Made by a program: the position numbers and the translations under genes. Below the pieces are notes generated by a model. It was given only the letters and a program-made list of their open reading frames with translations, was not told the origin of the DNA and searched no databases. A DNA stretch of 64,000 bases from assembly GCA_002633005.1 (NCBI GenBank), contig NMRA01000555.1, forward strand, positions 33,774 through 97,773, written 5' to 3'. The DNA comes from Phoronis australis (Eukaryota > Animalia > Phoronida). Below, in pieces: positions 12,431 to 25,463 of this stretch. Positions within the stretch are counted from its first letter, which is position 1; each line of letters begins with the position of its first letter.

Positions 12431-15400
12431 ATTGTTTGTGAGTGAAGAGGTACTGTATCTGACTGCTACACCAATCGGCCTCCTTGGTGAAGATGACCTT
12501 TCTATAGGCAATGAGTTATGTGTGAACAATGGCTTATTTCCTGTCCTCTAAGAATCACAAGGGACTCTAGCTCAAGAAGACCTGCATATATTAACACTCT
12601 GGTCTAGTCTAGGGTCAGATTATGGACACAAAGCGAGTCAAGTGATATGCTGTTGTGTTTACCTTTAAGGATCCAATTTTGGATGTTGTTGAGGCTGAAT
12701 GAGGCTCCATTAAGGAAAGCCACGTGCCGAAAGTGAACCTTTCCTAAAAGCGCTTCTTGAGGCTATTGAACCTACGTCCCAGTGAAATGAAAACCAAAAG
12801 CATCTGACATTCTTTTCCTTTCTCAATGAGTGACATTAACTTTTCCTTTAAGAGGAAAGGATTTATACTGATGGTAAAAACTTTTCAATTCCATATGATG
12901 ATGCTAAAATGACTGCATCGTTTGCCTTATTGTCAGTGGAAAACCCGTTTGTGTTTCACTTTGATGATGGAATAAATTTTTCATCAAAATGCAAGTTTGT
13001 CAATAATTATTCAAACCACATTATTTCTTCAGTTTTAAAGCCATATGCAGTACAATTTTGCTGTTTCTTTATAAAGTTGAAACGATTGCCGATTACGCTT
13101 GCGAATTGTCATTCTCCTGTTGAGTTAGAGAAATGTGCGACGACCAAAACGTAGTATTCCCTTTCGTTTGCATTTGATTTGTTTATGTGTGTAACTATTT
13201 TTAGAGCATTCTTAAGAAGGCCATTGAACAGTTTTAAGTTTTGTGTTAACATGTCTGTGAAAAATGTTCCACAGCCAGGCAAAGTATGTTTTCAATCGTA
13301 GCTAGCTGGCTACAGTTCTGCTATGCACAAGATTCGAGAATAAACAATAATCAGTGTTAGTATTTAAAAACAAAATGGCCATCTTTTCAACCACTTACAG
13401 ACAAAAGAACAACACTGTTAAAAATGTAGTTTTCCTGATGCATAATCAGGCATATCAAGGCCTGAATTTCTGAATTAGGTTCAATTCTCTCACGTTATTG
13501 CTTAAGGACTGCTTTTCACTTTGTCGAAAGGTAAAATTGACGGTAAGGCGGCTGGTTTCAGTTGTTTTCTTTCACATGTAATAGAACATTCAGGGAAATA
13601 TTAGCAAATTATAAAAGAAAACACAAGACAAAACTGCTTTTGTAAGGCAGAATATAATTTATTTTTCAACTTCATTTTTATAGGTAGAAACTAATAATGT
13701 TATTTAAGATCTAAATTAAACATGNAAAATTAGTTTTAAGCTTCTGACTGCAGCTAACCAGCAAGATCTTCCTATCCAGTGCAGATCTATTGTCAAAACC
13801 TATTTTCTATATCGGAGACAAAGAAAAAAGCCATTGAGAAGGGGTAGCTATTTTTAAAGACATGTATGTAAGTGTTTTGTTAATGTCCTTATTCAGGCTG
13901 ACATACATGTACGGGTTGTGCTTGTAAAATTTGGTGCAACTGAATGTGTGGAAACAACAGGTAATAGCGTTCGTGGGAAAGAGCATGGTGGGGTAATTTT
14001 GAGCGTTCATGAAGTTCTTCCACATTTCATGAAAAGGTTTTGCTATCTATTGAAAACCCACAAAAATATATACCAGTTCTTGAATTCTGAATGACTGAAC
14101 AGTCTTAACTAATACATTGAAAAGCTGCAAGTCATTTATAAATTCATGTGACTGCCATTTTTGTGAAAACTGCATTTTTGCTGTGAAAATAAGTGAGGTC
14201 GTATTTGAACATATTATTCTTACTGCCAACATACAGGCAATGGTGCCTTTGGATTTTTAATTACTCTTAAACAACAGAAAGATTATCCATCATTTTTAAA
14301 TAAGCCAAGTCTTCATATCTTCTATTAGATGAAGAATAAAAAATCTGAGGAACGGTTCCTTCAGCCATAGACCTTAAGTGTGCTTAACAGACTCGTGAAT
14401 ATGTAGTTGGCGTTTAAAGTTGCTGAAAGTATCAGAAATCAAAAGGCTTGAAAATGGGTGCCAAAGGTTTGAAATTGTCTCAGAAAACTTGCACATGTTG
14501 CAGACAAGTGATGCGTTTGAAGAATTGTCATGCCTCGGAATGAAAACTAAAGACGCAGTTCTATACGCTACTTAATATATATACCCTTGGTTTCTGGAAA
14601 TAGTAATTCTCTAATTTTTTGTGAAATTGAAGAGCAATTGCCATGTCATATTTTTGAAAAAATAGGGGCAACATTTTTATCCAACCTGAAGTACTTAATT
14701 ATTCATGTTTCAGTTTTTGTTCCAGGTTCAGCGACATTGTTGAGGTCACTTCAAGTCACAACATATACAAGCTTTGTTACTCTTTTCTCTTCCCACATTA
14801 TGCCCACACACCAGCAGTGCTACGTGGCACAATATACAAGCCAGTGGCCCTTGAGAAATGTGAACAGCAGTAATAAGTTACCATAATGAAATGTGCCAGT
14901 GGATTGTTTGTGAGTGAAGAGGTACTGTATCTGACTGCTACACCAATCGGCCTCCTTGGTGAAGATGACCTTTCTATAGGCAATGAGTTATGTGTGAACA
15001 ATGGCTTATTTCCTGTCCTCTAAGAAACACAAGGGACTCTAGCTCAAGAAGACCTGCATACATTAACACTCTGGTCTAGTCTAGGGTCAGATTATGGACA
15101 CAAAGCGAGTCAAGTGATATGCTGTTGTGTTTACCTTTAAGGATCCAATTTTGAATGTTGTTGAGGCTGAATGAGGCTCCATTAAGGAAAGCCACGTGCC
15201 GAAAGTGAACCTTTCCTAAAAGCGCTTCTTGAGGCTATTGAACCTACGTCCCAGTGAAATGAAAACCAAAAGCATCTGACATTCTTGTCCTTTCTCAATG
15301 AGTGACATTAACTTTTCCTTTAAGAGGAAAGGATTTATACTGATGGTAAAAACTTTTCAATTCCATATGATGATGCTAAAATGACTGTATCGTTTGCCTT

Positions 15401-16196
15401 ATTGTCAGTGGAAAACCCGTTTGTGTTTCACTTTGATGATGGAATAAATTTTTCATCAAAATGCAAGTTTGTCAATAATTATTCAAACCACATTATTTCT
15501 TCAGTTTTAAAGCCATATGCAGTACAGTTTTGCTGTTTCTTTATAAAGTTGAAACGATTGCCGATTACGCTTGCGAATTGTTATTCTCCTGTTGAGTTAG
15601 AGAAATGTGCGACGACCAAAACGTAGTATTCCCTTTCGTTTGCATTTGATTTGTTTATGTGTGTAACTATTTCTAGAGCATTCTTAAGAAGGCCATTGAA
15701 CAGTTTTAAGTTTTGTGTTAACATGTCTGTGAAAAATGTTCCACAGCCAGGCAAAGTATGTTTTCAATCGTAGCTAGCTGGCTACAGTTCTGCTATGCAC
15801 AAGATTCGAGAATAAACAATAATCAGTGTTAGTATTTAAAAACAAAATGGCCATCTTTTCAACCACTTACAGACAAAAGAACAACACTGTTAAAAATGTA
15901 GTTTTCCTGATGCATAATCAGGCATATCAAGGCCTGAATTTCTGAATTAGGTTCAATTCTCTCACGTTATTGCTTAAGGACTGCTTTTCACTTTGTCGAA
16001 AGGTAAAATTGACGGTAAGGCGGCTGGTTTCAGTTGTTTTCTTTCACATGTAATAGAACATTCAGGGAAATATTAGCAAATTATAAAAGAAAACACAAGA
16101 CAAAACTGCTTTTGTAAGGCAGAATATAATTTATTTTTCAACTTCATTTTTATAGGTAGAAACTAATAATGTTATTTAAGATCTAAATTAAACATG
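11254..16196. repeat. Direct tandem duplication, period 2472 bp (11254-13724 / 13726-16196), joined by a single n
   Basis: Copies differ only by scattered substitutions; all ORFs repeat at offset 2472; n at 13725. Confidence 0.97.
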
Positions 16197-19100
16197 TGAA
16201 ACAGGCTAAAAGTGATCATTGAGGAATTTATCATTACACCTAAAATGTGTTTCTGATCTCAACAAACAATTTTCATTCTAGGTGCCAATATTTATTCCAA
16301 TGCAATAATACGAAATAACTGAATAGCCCATTCATGTTAATTTAGCATTTAATCTGGTAGTCCTGGGGGTGAGGTCCGCAATAAAATCAGGACACTCACT
16401 CATCTAGAGACTTTTACTGGATATGTTATAGCTTTGAAGAGTAATTGCTGTCAAAAGGTCACCTTTGACTTCTGAGCCGCACGTCCCATACTCCTCTTAT
16501 AGTAGGAACACTCCCACCCAGAACAATATGTGTTGCTAGCCTACCATCCGGGTCCCGTCATTCAGTCAGGTACCTTGTGGGAATATCATAACTGAACGAT
16601 GTGGGATAGAAACTAATCGTTAAAAACTTACCAAGTAATGTGATTATGTAGTCTTTTAATGGAAATGCATAGAGCACACACGGGTCGTGTCACTTGGTTG
16701 ACTTTTTTGACCGCAATTCTCCACGCCGGTAGTAACCTTAATTTTTTTTGGGAATTTGTGACCACCTGTGGAAGATTTACACCCGGGAAAATAGCAATGA
16801 AAAGACTTAGCGCAACTACGCACGTTGATATCAATTCTGTTTTTTTACCAGCTGTTTACATGCAGACAGCGACGAATGCGCAATTTAGTCACCGTTAGCA
16901 CAGCAGTGACGTCGCGAGGAGAATTCGTCGAACAGCCCCAATTGGAAGCGTGGTGGCGCAGGGATAGAGCACGCGCAACCTGGAAGACACGTCGTTATTT
17001 GGAATCCGTGGCATTTACCGGTTTTTTCCGTAGTTAACCTCATGGACGTGCATTCGAAAAATGGAAATTTACAGGTGTTTTAGTAGAACAAAGAACCGCC
17101 CGGGCGATTATTCGGAAAAGGGGGAGTGTAAACAGAAAGTTATAATTTTGCTGACTTTGACATGTTTTACCTAAAACTGTTTTTAAATTTTATTTTGATA
17201 AATGCAGAAGTCGCCAACACTTTTTTCGTTTTGATAAAGGATAAATCCTCCACAAAACTGAATTGATGTCAATGCTTAGTGGGCATTTGAGCAGCAATTT
17301 TCCGAATAAACATGCCCACTATCTAGGCAATTGACACCAGGAGTTGTAATACTTGCGTCATAATTTTCCGAATAACCGCCCGAGGGCGTTTCATCGGATG
17401 GCCATATCTACGGAAAATCTCGATGCGAATTTTCCAATTTTACATTCGTTCTCAGTGTATTTTTTTGTATTTGTTAATACTTCAGAAATCAAGGAAAATA
17501 CTGTTTTCAGAAACAAAAACAACATTTTCTCAAACATTCGGCGCTGCTCTCCTTTATAATTGTGCTTTTCGCGATTTTTTGCGAGGCAAATTGTTGGACC
17601 CCGTTCATGTTATCCTAGATCCGCCACTGAGACACTCAGCAATGCAACTGACAAGATGCACGGCAGCCAGAACGAACAAATACAGACATCTGTTTTTGGG
17701 TCTTAATGACAAGTATCACAACTTTCGAGGGCAACATCCCCACAGGCAGATGTGTGCTAAACTGACGAAAAATCAAAATGAAGTCTTAACTATGCCACGT
17801 TGGATACATGTAACAGTTTTTGGATTTTGAAGCTTTCATGAGTTATACAAATTCATGATGCAATCACCTACAAACTGATTTCATTCTACTCATTGACAGC
17901 AAAAACTCAGGTCCAAATGTCATTTAGTTCCCTGTAAGCAAGTTTTGAGCAGAAACGGAATTTTAAATCATGGCGTCCTTTTTTGCATAAATTAGGCAAA
18001 TTTATCATGCAGCAGCGTGTAAATTTATTTCATTCAACTTATTGATCACTGAAGCATGGGAGCAGATATTAGTATGAATTTACTTGTAGTGTCTGATAAC
18101 ATTTACAGTATAAGCACAAGTAGAATTTTCAATAATGAAATTTTGAATAATTGATACAAATTATATAAGTATCCACGCCAAACTAGCTCCATTATATTCA
18201 CTGTCCATGGAAATATGTGTGGAAACACCAATCTAATCCACCTGCAATGCTTGATGTAGTAGTAATAAGAAAAAAAAAGAATTTTGCATAATTACAGACT
18301 TAATTTGCTTATTTAAAAATGGTCACGATTTTCAAGATTGCAACCCATCTAAAATGCTCCAGGAGGGGCACCTAGACATGAAACAACCGAAAAACCTTAT
18401 ATTGACAAGAATTTCTAGTTACCCATTTTTGGCTACTAGACTATTGGGCGCAAGTCGCAAACAGTTCTCAAGGAATGAATTTAACCACCATGGCTGGATG
18501 TTCCATAATTTGTTCTTCTGGTCTTCATCTGTCAATGATAAGTTGTCAGTGAGGTGTGCGTTGTTCAAAATTTCGGAAAGCAAAGCATCATATCGTTAAC
18601 CGGATCACACCCAGAATCAGACTCCCAATATTCTTGTTTATTTGGCATTTTACGACCTCTCTTCGACGGTATATCCCCATCATTTTCTCTAGCTGCTTTG
18701 ATAGGATCTTTGCTGGCACACCTTTTTGTGCGTGGCATACAGTGGCAATCAATAGTTGATTGGAAACCAGCCAATTATTGCTACAAGTTAAATCCAGAGT
18801 TGCAGTTTTGCAACAAAAGCAAGCCAAGAAAAGAAATTATTAATAAAAAGCTCGAATCATCCAAAGAAAGTTTTGAATAAAGTTTCTAAATTAGCTTTAT
18901 TTCAAAGATAATCCTACATGTTTAGTGTTTACAGTATCCTTTTTGCATCACATTCACAGGTCACAACACCGGCCACTCATCTTGACTTTTATGTCTTATG
19001 TATTTTGTCCATTTATCCATAAATGGCGTTAGTCTATAGTTGTATATGTGGGCTTAGTCGAATGTGTATTGATTGAGATAATTACGGTCGTAAAACAACG

Positions 19101-20025
19101 CACCTGCTTAGCCTACAGTGTATTAGTTCAAAAGTAAAAAAAACGAAAAATGAGTAACTTAACCGATCAGCACGGCTGTAATTTTTAATTGAACATTAAT
19201 TATTAGCCCACAATCGATCAATTATAAGAGAAACTAGCAAATAGGATGTCTTCAGCAACACAGATAAGCCACACTCGTTAATTTGTGAATCGATTATGAC
19301 TTGCTAGTCATAGTCCGGCTTAAGCTCTCGTCGGCGTTGGGGGTAACAAAGCCTCAAATGTTACAGTTGCGTCATGAAAGGACATTTATTCCACAGGTGA
19401 TTTAGTTTTCAAAATGCAACTCATTGTGTTTTAACGCTAGACATTGCGAGTTTAGTGCTCATGTGTGACTTGTCTTGCAAATCAACTTTTCATATCTTAT
19501 TATTCTATGGCCTATTTCACTTACTTGAAAAAGACCGTTTCAATATAAACATTTTTTCATGAACGTGAAACTCATTTAACATGTTATATTCTGAAACCGA
19601 AATTGAACATTGGCAAAAACCCGAAAGACAATAATCTTGTCAAACGGGTTCCTAGTGAGCAAATTTATGGAGTAAGTTCCTTTAAAAGTAAAGCAAATTT
19701 TAATTAGATAATACAAGTAATTATTATTGCAAATGAAATTCATGCAATCTGCTATGTCATGCCATACAGTAACTGTGCAATTGTTAGCAATTTTCTGTTT
19801 AGTTCACATGAATGTCCAATGATCTCATTGACGTTAGCAGTCCATGATTGTCCCATCTTTTCAGTTTAAGTCATGATATCCCTTGTTTGTAACAGATGAC
19901 ATTCTTTATAGACTGTCTCAATGCTCTGGTCGCAGGAAATTTTTATCTTGATGTGGGAGCAAAACTGACTCATTTGTTGAATAATGTCTATCAATACACT
20001 CAATAGTGCTAATTCCGTCTGAATA

Positions 20026-20326
20026 TGTGTCGTTGGGCAACTAGGTGAACGTTACGCCGTTAAAATAAGTGCATAATTTAATTACTATTAGATGCGTAAC
20101 GTAATTATTTAGAGGAGTGAAGGAATTATTTGCTACGCAAACTAAGTTTACTTTTCGTCGCCAATAATTACTTTGCGCCGCAAATAATTGCTTTACCCCG
20201 TTAAAAGTAACTTTACGCCGCAAGTAATTACTTGAAGCCGCGCATACTTACTTTACACCTTCAACAAGAACTAACTTTCGCATGTAATTTAACGGCGTAC
20301 CGCTCATCTAGTTGCCCAACGACACA
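20026..20326. mobile_element. MITE with ~40-bp terminal inverted repeats and internal ~20-bp subrepeats
   Basis: tgtgtcgttgggcaactaggtgaacgttacgccgttaaa ... tttaacggcgtaccgctcatctagttgcccaacgacaca. Confidence 0.85.
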
Positions 20327-20329
20327 ACG

Positions 20330-20570
20330 ATCAATATGCAACGCCTTTGGCGGGGCTCTCTCTATTAATATAGAAGGCCACAAGGCGGCCGACGAGCGTG
20401 GCAACCTATATGAACAAAGAGCGCCCCCGCATTCCTACCGCCTTTCAGTGAGACCCCCTATAATAATATAAGGAGCCTCGCCGAAAGGCAGCCAGAGATT
20501 GGGGCCACCGAGATTAATATAGAAGCCCCGCCAGAAGGCGGCCTATGAGCTAGGCGCTTATATTAATATA
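20330..20570. repeat. Degenerate ~48-bp minisatellite (TATTAATATA plus GC hairpin CCGCC-GAAA-GGCGG)
   Basis: Units such as attaatatagaagccccgccagaaggcggcc; same family at 23850-24160. Confidence 0.7.
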
Positions 20571-20574
20571 GTTG

Positions 20575-21780
20575 GAAAGTGACTGACAAGCGAGAATTCA
20601 TATGCAAAAATTCAGGTCATTCCCTCTTCTCGTTGTGGCACCCTAGCATTGCTGAAAAGTGATGAAAATGCGTCAGATCCACCGTTTTGAAAACAACTTC
20701 CCGTTAAGCAGCACTCGATATTAGCATTCTACAAAAATATTACAGAAAAAATTTCGAAGCATTTGAGCACCGCAAACGGCGTGCTTTTCACAATCTCTTT
20801 TTGTATCATAAAAATGCCACCAGAGTGCGCACAATACGTCAAATCCACCCTAAATGTGAAACGTACCATCGTTTCTTTAGAAGAAAGTATATACCAATTT
20901 TCATAAAAGTCTGTCAAGAAACAAAGGAAGACCGGAAAAATGAAATGGTCACTAGGGGGCAATGCGTCTGAAAGTTGTCACTGTCTGTTCTCAACTTGAT
21001 ATGAATACACTTGCTAAATTTAATAAAATCCTGCAGTGGGCTTGGAACAAACAGTTGCAGGTGCAAAAAAGCTGCCACTAGGAGACACCACCGTAGTCAA
21101 AGTCGTCATCGTCAATCGTACACTTCATACTGAGAACAGATAAACCAATTTTCACAATCCATAGACTGGTTTGGTTGACAGAGGAGTGTCTGCAAAAAAC
21201 GATTTGAAAAACCATAAATGGCCACTAGGAGGCGCAAAATGACTCAAATACTTCCGAAAATAGGTAGGCAGCGTCATGTCACCAAAATACTGCCACTAGG
21301 AATCGCCACAGTAGCCGGAGTAATCAGAAAATCATCGCCAGACTTTCTCTTCATAGTAAGAACATAGATGCCAAGTTTCGCAATCATCTTTATGGGCGAC
21401 GTGGTTCATAGAAGGACGGACGCCAAAAACAGACTCGAAATGGTCATTAAGTGGCGCAAAATACCTCGAATACTTCCGAAAACAGGATAGCATCATCCGC
21501 TAACAGATGCCTATATTCCAAGTTTCACAAAAATCCGTTAACGACCTTTAACGATAAAGAGGTAAATTTCAAATATAAATTGCCACTACAGGGCACACCG
21601 GTGGTCATATCCGTCCGAAATTCGTCGTCTTCTGTCGTCATCTTCATATGAACCCATCTGACATTTTTCATCAACTTTGAGGGGTTCAGGAAATACAGCT
21701 GTGGAAGCTGGACGCCCAGACAGAGATGTCAAAGCAACATACTTGGTGAAATTTCAATTAATGGCAGAGCAACATACAAT
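20575..21780. mobile_element. Non-autonomous repeat (Helentron/HINE-like) with internal subrepeats carrying GCCACTAGGRGGCGC
   Basis: Recurrent (t/g)ccactagg(a/g)ggcgc and (t)ccaagtttc(a/g)c subrepeats; no coding signal. Confidence 0.45.
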
Positions 21781-21809
21781 AATTCGCCAAGTAATTAGGC
21801 AAATTAACA

Positions 21810-22460
21810 AAAACCGGACCATCGCCGCACAAATAAAAAAGTTCATGTTCAATTCAACGTTTCGTCTTTTCATTAGACATCATCAGGATAATATTTACAA
21901 TTTAGGACAACAAGTGCCAACATACAGTTCAGGTAACATCCATAGTGTGAAGTGAGAGATACATAGATTATGGTCAGTAGCTGGCATCACCATAGCTGCA
22001 GGGTCACAGAGCTCTGCATGTTATTCAGAGAATCAGTGGCATGCTGGTTCTGAATGGCCAATGACTCTTTAATGTACAGTAACTCGAAAATGTGAAACAC
22101 CTGGCCAAATTAACTTGAACAAGATTGGAACATTATGAGACATGAGTACATCAGTTGTGAGCAGGAATAGTACATTATCAACCACAAGTTTTTTTGTTCT
22201 CAGTTTAAACAAATACTCTTGCAATCCTGTTTTTCGAATACTCCGTCATTCAGTTGCCCAAATCAACAATGTTTGCGCCACGGGATAATGAGAAGGCACT
22301 ATACTGTGGGTATGGTTTTAAGCACTTAAAGTCAAAATTTGTTGAGAAGGTTAAATGGAGTAGCTGGTTGCAATCAACATGCCCAAGTGGCCGTCTTCCC
22401 TTGCTGTAATCCTGGGACAAGGGAACCTCTTCTCAATTTCTTGTAAACTTTAATTACTTA
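21810..22460 (-). mobile_element. Highly decayed Penelope-like element 3' end with pLTR
   Basis: Minus remnants LKFT, DCNQLLH and GIY-YIG tail LYIKESLAIQ...LNN..SSVTLQL, followed by a hammerhead-like motif; the end segment aaaaccggac.atcgccgcacaaat recurs at ~41508-41550. Confidence 0.55.
21851..21893 (-). ncRNA. Minimal type-I hammerhead-like motif of the Penelope pLTR class
   Basis: Minus strand CTGATGA-t-GTCT-aatgaaa-AGAC-GAAACGTT; core and stem II intact, stem I weak. Confidence 0.6.
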
Positions 22461-23849
22461 GGTTGCTGCAATGGTAATTAAATTGAAGTGCCTAACTGGC
22501 CAGCGCCCCCGTCGGAATTTGACAAATGTTGAATACCTTAAGTGTAGATCGATTTACTATAGTATGAGCATCTGATTAAAAAAGTTAATTTCAATCACTG
22601 CACTGGTATATCAGCTGACTTAGTTTCAGTTGCATCAACTAATCTAATTGTTAGACGGTCCACATTTTTAGGCGACAGATCAGACGGCATGTAAATTTGT
22701 TAGGCTGGTGGTGGATCAATTCCTGAAAAATCCGTCTGAAAAATTGCATGCCAACTCACTCATAGTTAAATGTTAAGTTAGTGTTAACAGTTGACCTTTT
22801 TTGCAGTTGGACTTGTATCGCAAGCAACAGCTCAGTCCGGAGACCTGAATATGCAAATGAAATTCAAAGATAAAGACCTTGTGGCTTAAGAAGTTCAGTA
22901 CCAGAGATCATCACGCTATAAAAAATAGAAAGACAAAGATTGTGAAGAGTGAAGAATACATAGTTTTCAGATATGTTTTCTACAGTTTTGTTTGGAGTTC
23001 AGTAAATCAAAGCTTCTAACACATGGAGATGTCATTTGCTTTTCAAAACTAAATCACGATTTTGAAGCTGTTCTTCAGAAAGCTAGTGTGCAGAAAGTTA
23101 TTTGGACAGGCAATCTTAAGAAATGACTGTTGAAGTTACTCACTGTTGCAGTTGTCGTCCAACTAAGAGAGACGAAAGGGAATTGAGGCTAGTGTTCAAT
23201 AATTCACTTGCTGACACACTAATTAACGCCGCCCATTATAACATGTTTTGAATCAATATTGTGCACAAATACTGCCTGCTTCCAAATAAGTACTCAGTGT
23301 TTGACCATCATTGCACGCTGGCCAAACTCCTGTGTGCAGGACAGTACCCTCTCTAATCGGCCATAGTTTCATGGTTTCTTGATGGTGGAACTTTGAAGTT
23401 ATTGGATGCATCACTGGACAATAATCATTTGTCTTTCAAACAAGATACTTTGTACAACAATTCATGATTGAGACAACTTTCAACAAGCTGATTGATAAGT
23501 GATATTTTGCAAAATTTAATACATGTTTTGTCGCCTTGTGTGGCATTTTATCATCACAGTGCTAGCTATTACCAATCCACCTCATTAGCTCAGATCTACT
23601 TCAATACAAAAGGCGTGCTGCATAGGTATCATAAAAGTTGTCTGGGTCATAGGGAATCAGAGGGGTGACCAGTGTAAGCGAGAAATTCTCCACGTGAAGT
23701 CTTATCTGACTTGAAGACTTTGGCTATGATTTACGTGAAGATTCATGTTCTGTCATGTGATTGAAGGGGGCCAATTATGTACTTTTACGAAACCCAACGA
23801 TAAGATGGATGAACATTGGGGCCGTGACCAATGGCAGACAAATAATGTC

Positions 23850-24160
23850 GCCCCTATAATAATGTTGGGTATCCTAATAATGCAACGCGCTTTCCTCATA
23901 GGCGGCCTTAAAGCAGGCTTACTATGGAAAACACTGCTTTGTGCCCCCCTTCAAGCGGGCTGCCTATATTAAAATTGACGGCATCGCTCTTCGGGCGGGG
24001 TAATCCATATTAATGTAGGAAACCTCGCCGGAAGATGGCCACAGAGCAGGGCCGTCAAACATAATATAGGCGCCCCGCCAAAAGGCGGCCAGAGAGCGGG
24101 GCCACGTATATTTATAAAGACGTCCCCGCTGTTTGACCGCCTATATTAATAGAAGTATAC
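23850..24160. repeat. Second block of the ~48-bp TATTAATATA / GC-hairpin minisatellite
   Basis: ataatataggcgccccgccaaaaggcggcc, tattaatgtaggaaacctcgccggaagatggcc and similar units. Confidence 0.7.
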
Positions 24161-24224
24161 TCGCTCTTGGCGCCGGAAATTCAATTTTGCCTTCGTCATT
24201 TTAATAAGAATAAGTCATTCTAAA

Positions 24225-24285
24225 TAATAAGCTCTTGTTCCTTTAAACGCGAGTCCAATCTTATCAATTACGAGTAGCTTGGGGT
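24225..24285 (-). pseudogene. Decayed start of a fifth kringle exon
   Basis: tcttatcaattacgagtagcttggggttgtaaaac aligns to the intact exon starts; acceptor CAG mutated to CAA; PSYS..IDKIGLAFKGT; preceded by a diverged copy of the repeat intron (24286-24735). Confidence 0.55.
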
Positions 24286-24735
24286 TGTAAAACATTTCAT
24301 ATTGAACATGTATAATATAGGTATAGACAGAATTTCAAAGGAACAGCATTTTTCTACAGCAGGCTCCAGTTTACGCTAAAAACTGCCAAATCCGCGATCA
24401 CTTTAAGAGAATGAATGTGTGTAACCAGCTTGTTGGGTGGCAGCTGAGCATTTGTTTGCGAATCAATCTCATACTTTAAAAACCTTTGGGCTGCTAAGTA
24501 GAGGTGAGGTTTTAATGAGCTAGGTTCGCTTTTTTCCTAAATATGCATCTGTTTAACTTGGAAGCCCCAGTAACGGAAAAAAAATTAGGTGACCTCCCAA
24601 ATATAAACGAGAACCACCAGTTTTCGAAGCGCTAATGTCTTAGAGTGTTTCAAGGACTCTTGTTTTTGAGTGGAGCTCAAAATGACAGCATGAACGGTCA
24701 AGGAGTAGCTACTTCTTTCAATAATGTTTACTTAC

Positions 24736-25020
24736 TCTTACAGATTTTTATGTCACAAACTTGGAATGCCGGTATTGTTTGTTCTTCTATGTAGCACCAG
24801 GGACCGCGGTAGTAAGCGTCCGGATTCCGGCAATACCTGGAATCCTGGACACTCCTGTCCCAAGTGTCGTACACATCCTTTATGACTCGATTGTTGGTTA
24901 TAATATGGTTCTGGACATTCCTACTGGACCACTGTCTGCATGTGTCTCCCGCAACTGTCTTTGAAGAGGTACCGGCGTACATGAGACCTTTCTTATCAAC
25001 TTTACACGAGTAGTTTGGCC
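24736..25020 (-). CDS. Kringle-domain exon A (last intact in transcript order) of a secreted multi-kringle protein
   Basis: 285 nt, tttacag acceptor and gtaagt donor, phase 1-1; six Cys; YAGTSSKT..GDTC.QW, YCRNPD..RGPWCY, CDIKIC. Confidence 0.92.
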
Positions 25021-25463
25021 CTGTAAACCAAATCACACTGAACATGTACAATGTATAAATAAAAAGAATTTCAAAGGATCAACGTTTTTCTACAACAGGG
25101 ACACATTTACGCTAAAAACTGTTAAATCCGTGATCACGTTAAGAGAACCGATATGTGATACCAGCTTTTCGTGTTCCTGCTGGTCATTTGTTTGTGAAAA
25201 TAAGCCGTTTTTCAATTGTCCAGCTGTTAATTATATGTGGAGTTTAAGTGAGCCACGTTCGCTTTTCCCTAAAGGTGGAGCTGTTTAACTCCGCTGTAAC
25301 GGGAAAAACAAATTCTGTGACATCCGAAATATCGACGTGAACCACCAATTTTTGGAGTGCTTTTGCCTTAGGGTGTTTCAGGGACTTTTGTTTTTGAGTT
25401 GAGCTCAAAATGACAGCATGAGCGGTCATGGAGTAGCCACTTCGTTCAATAATGTTTACTTAC

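Noticed and set aside
20330-24160. CRISPR-like repeat/spacer pattern
   Set aside because: Units are degenerate along their whole length, there are no unique spacers or cas genes, and the context is eukaryotic.
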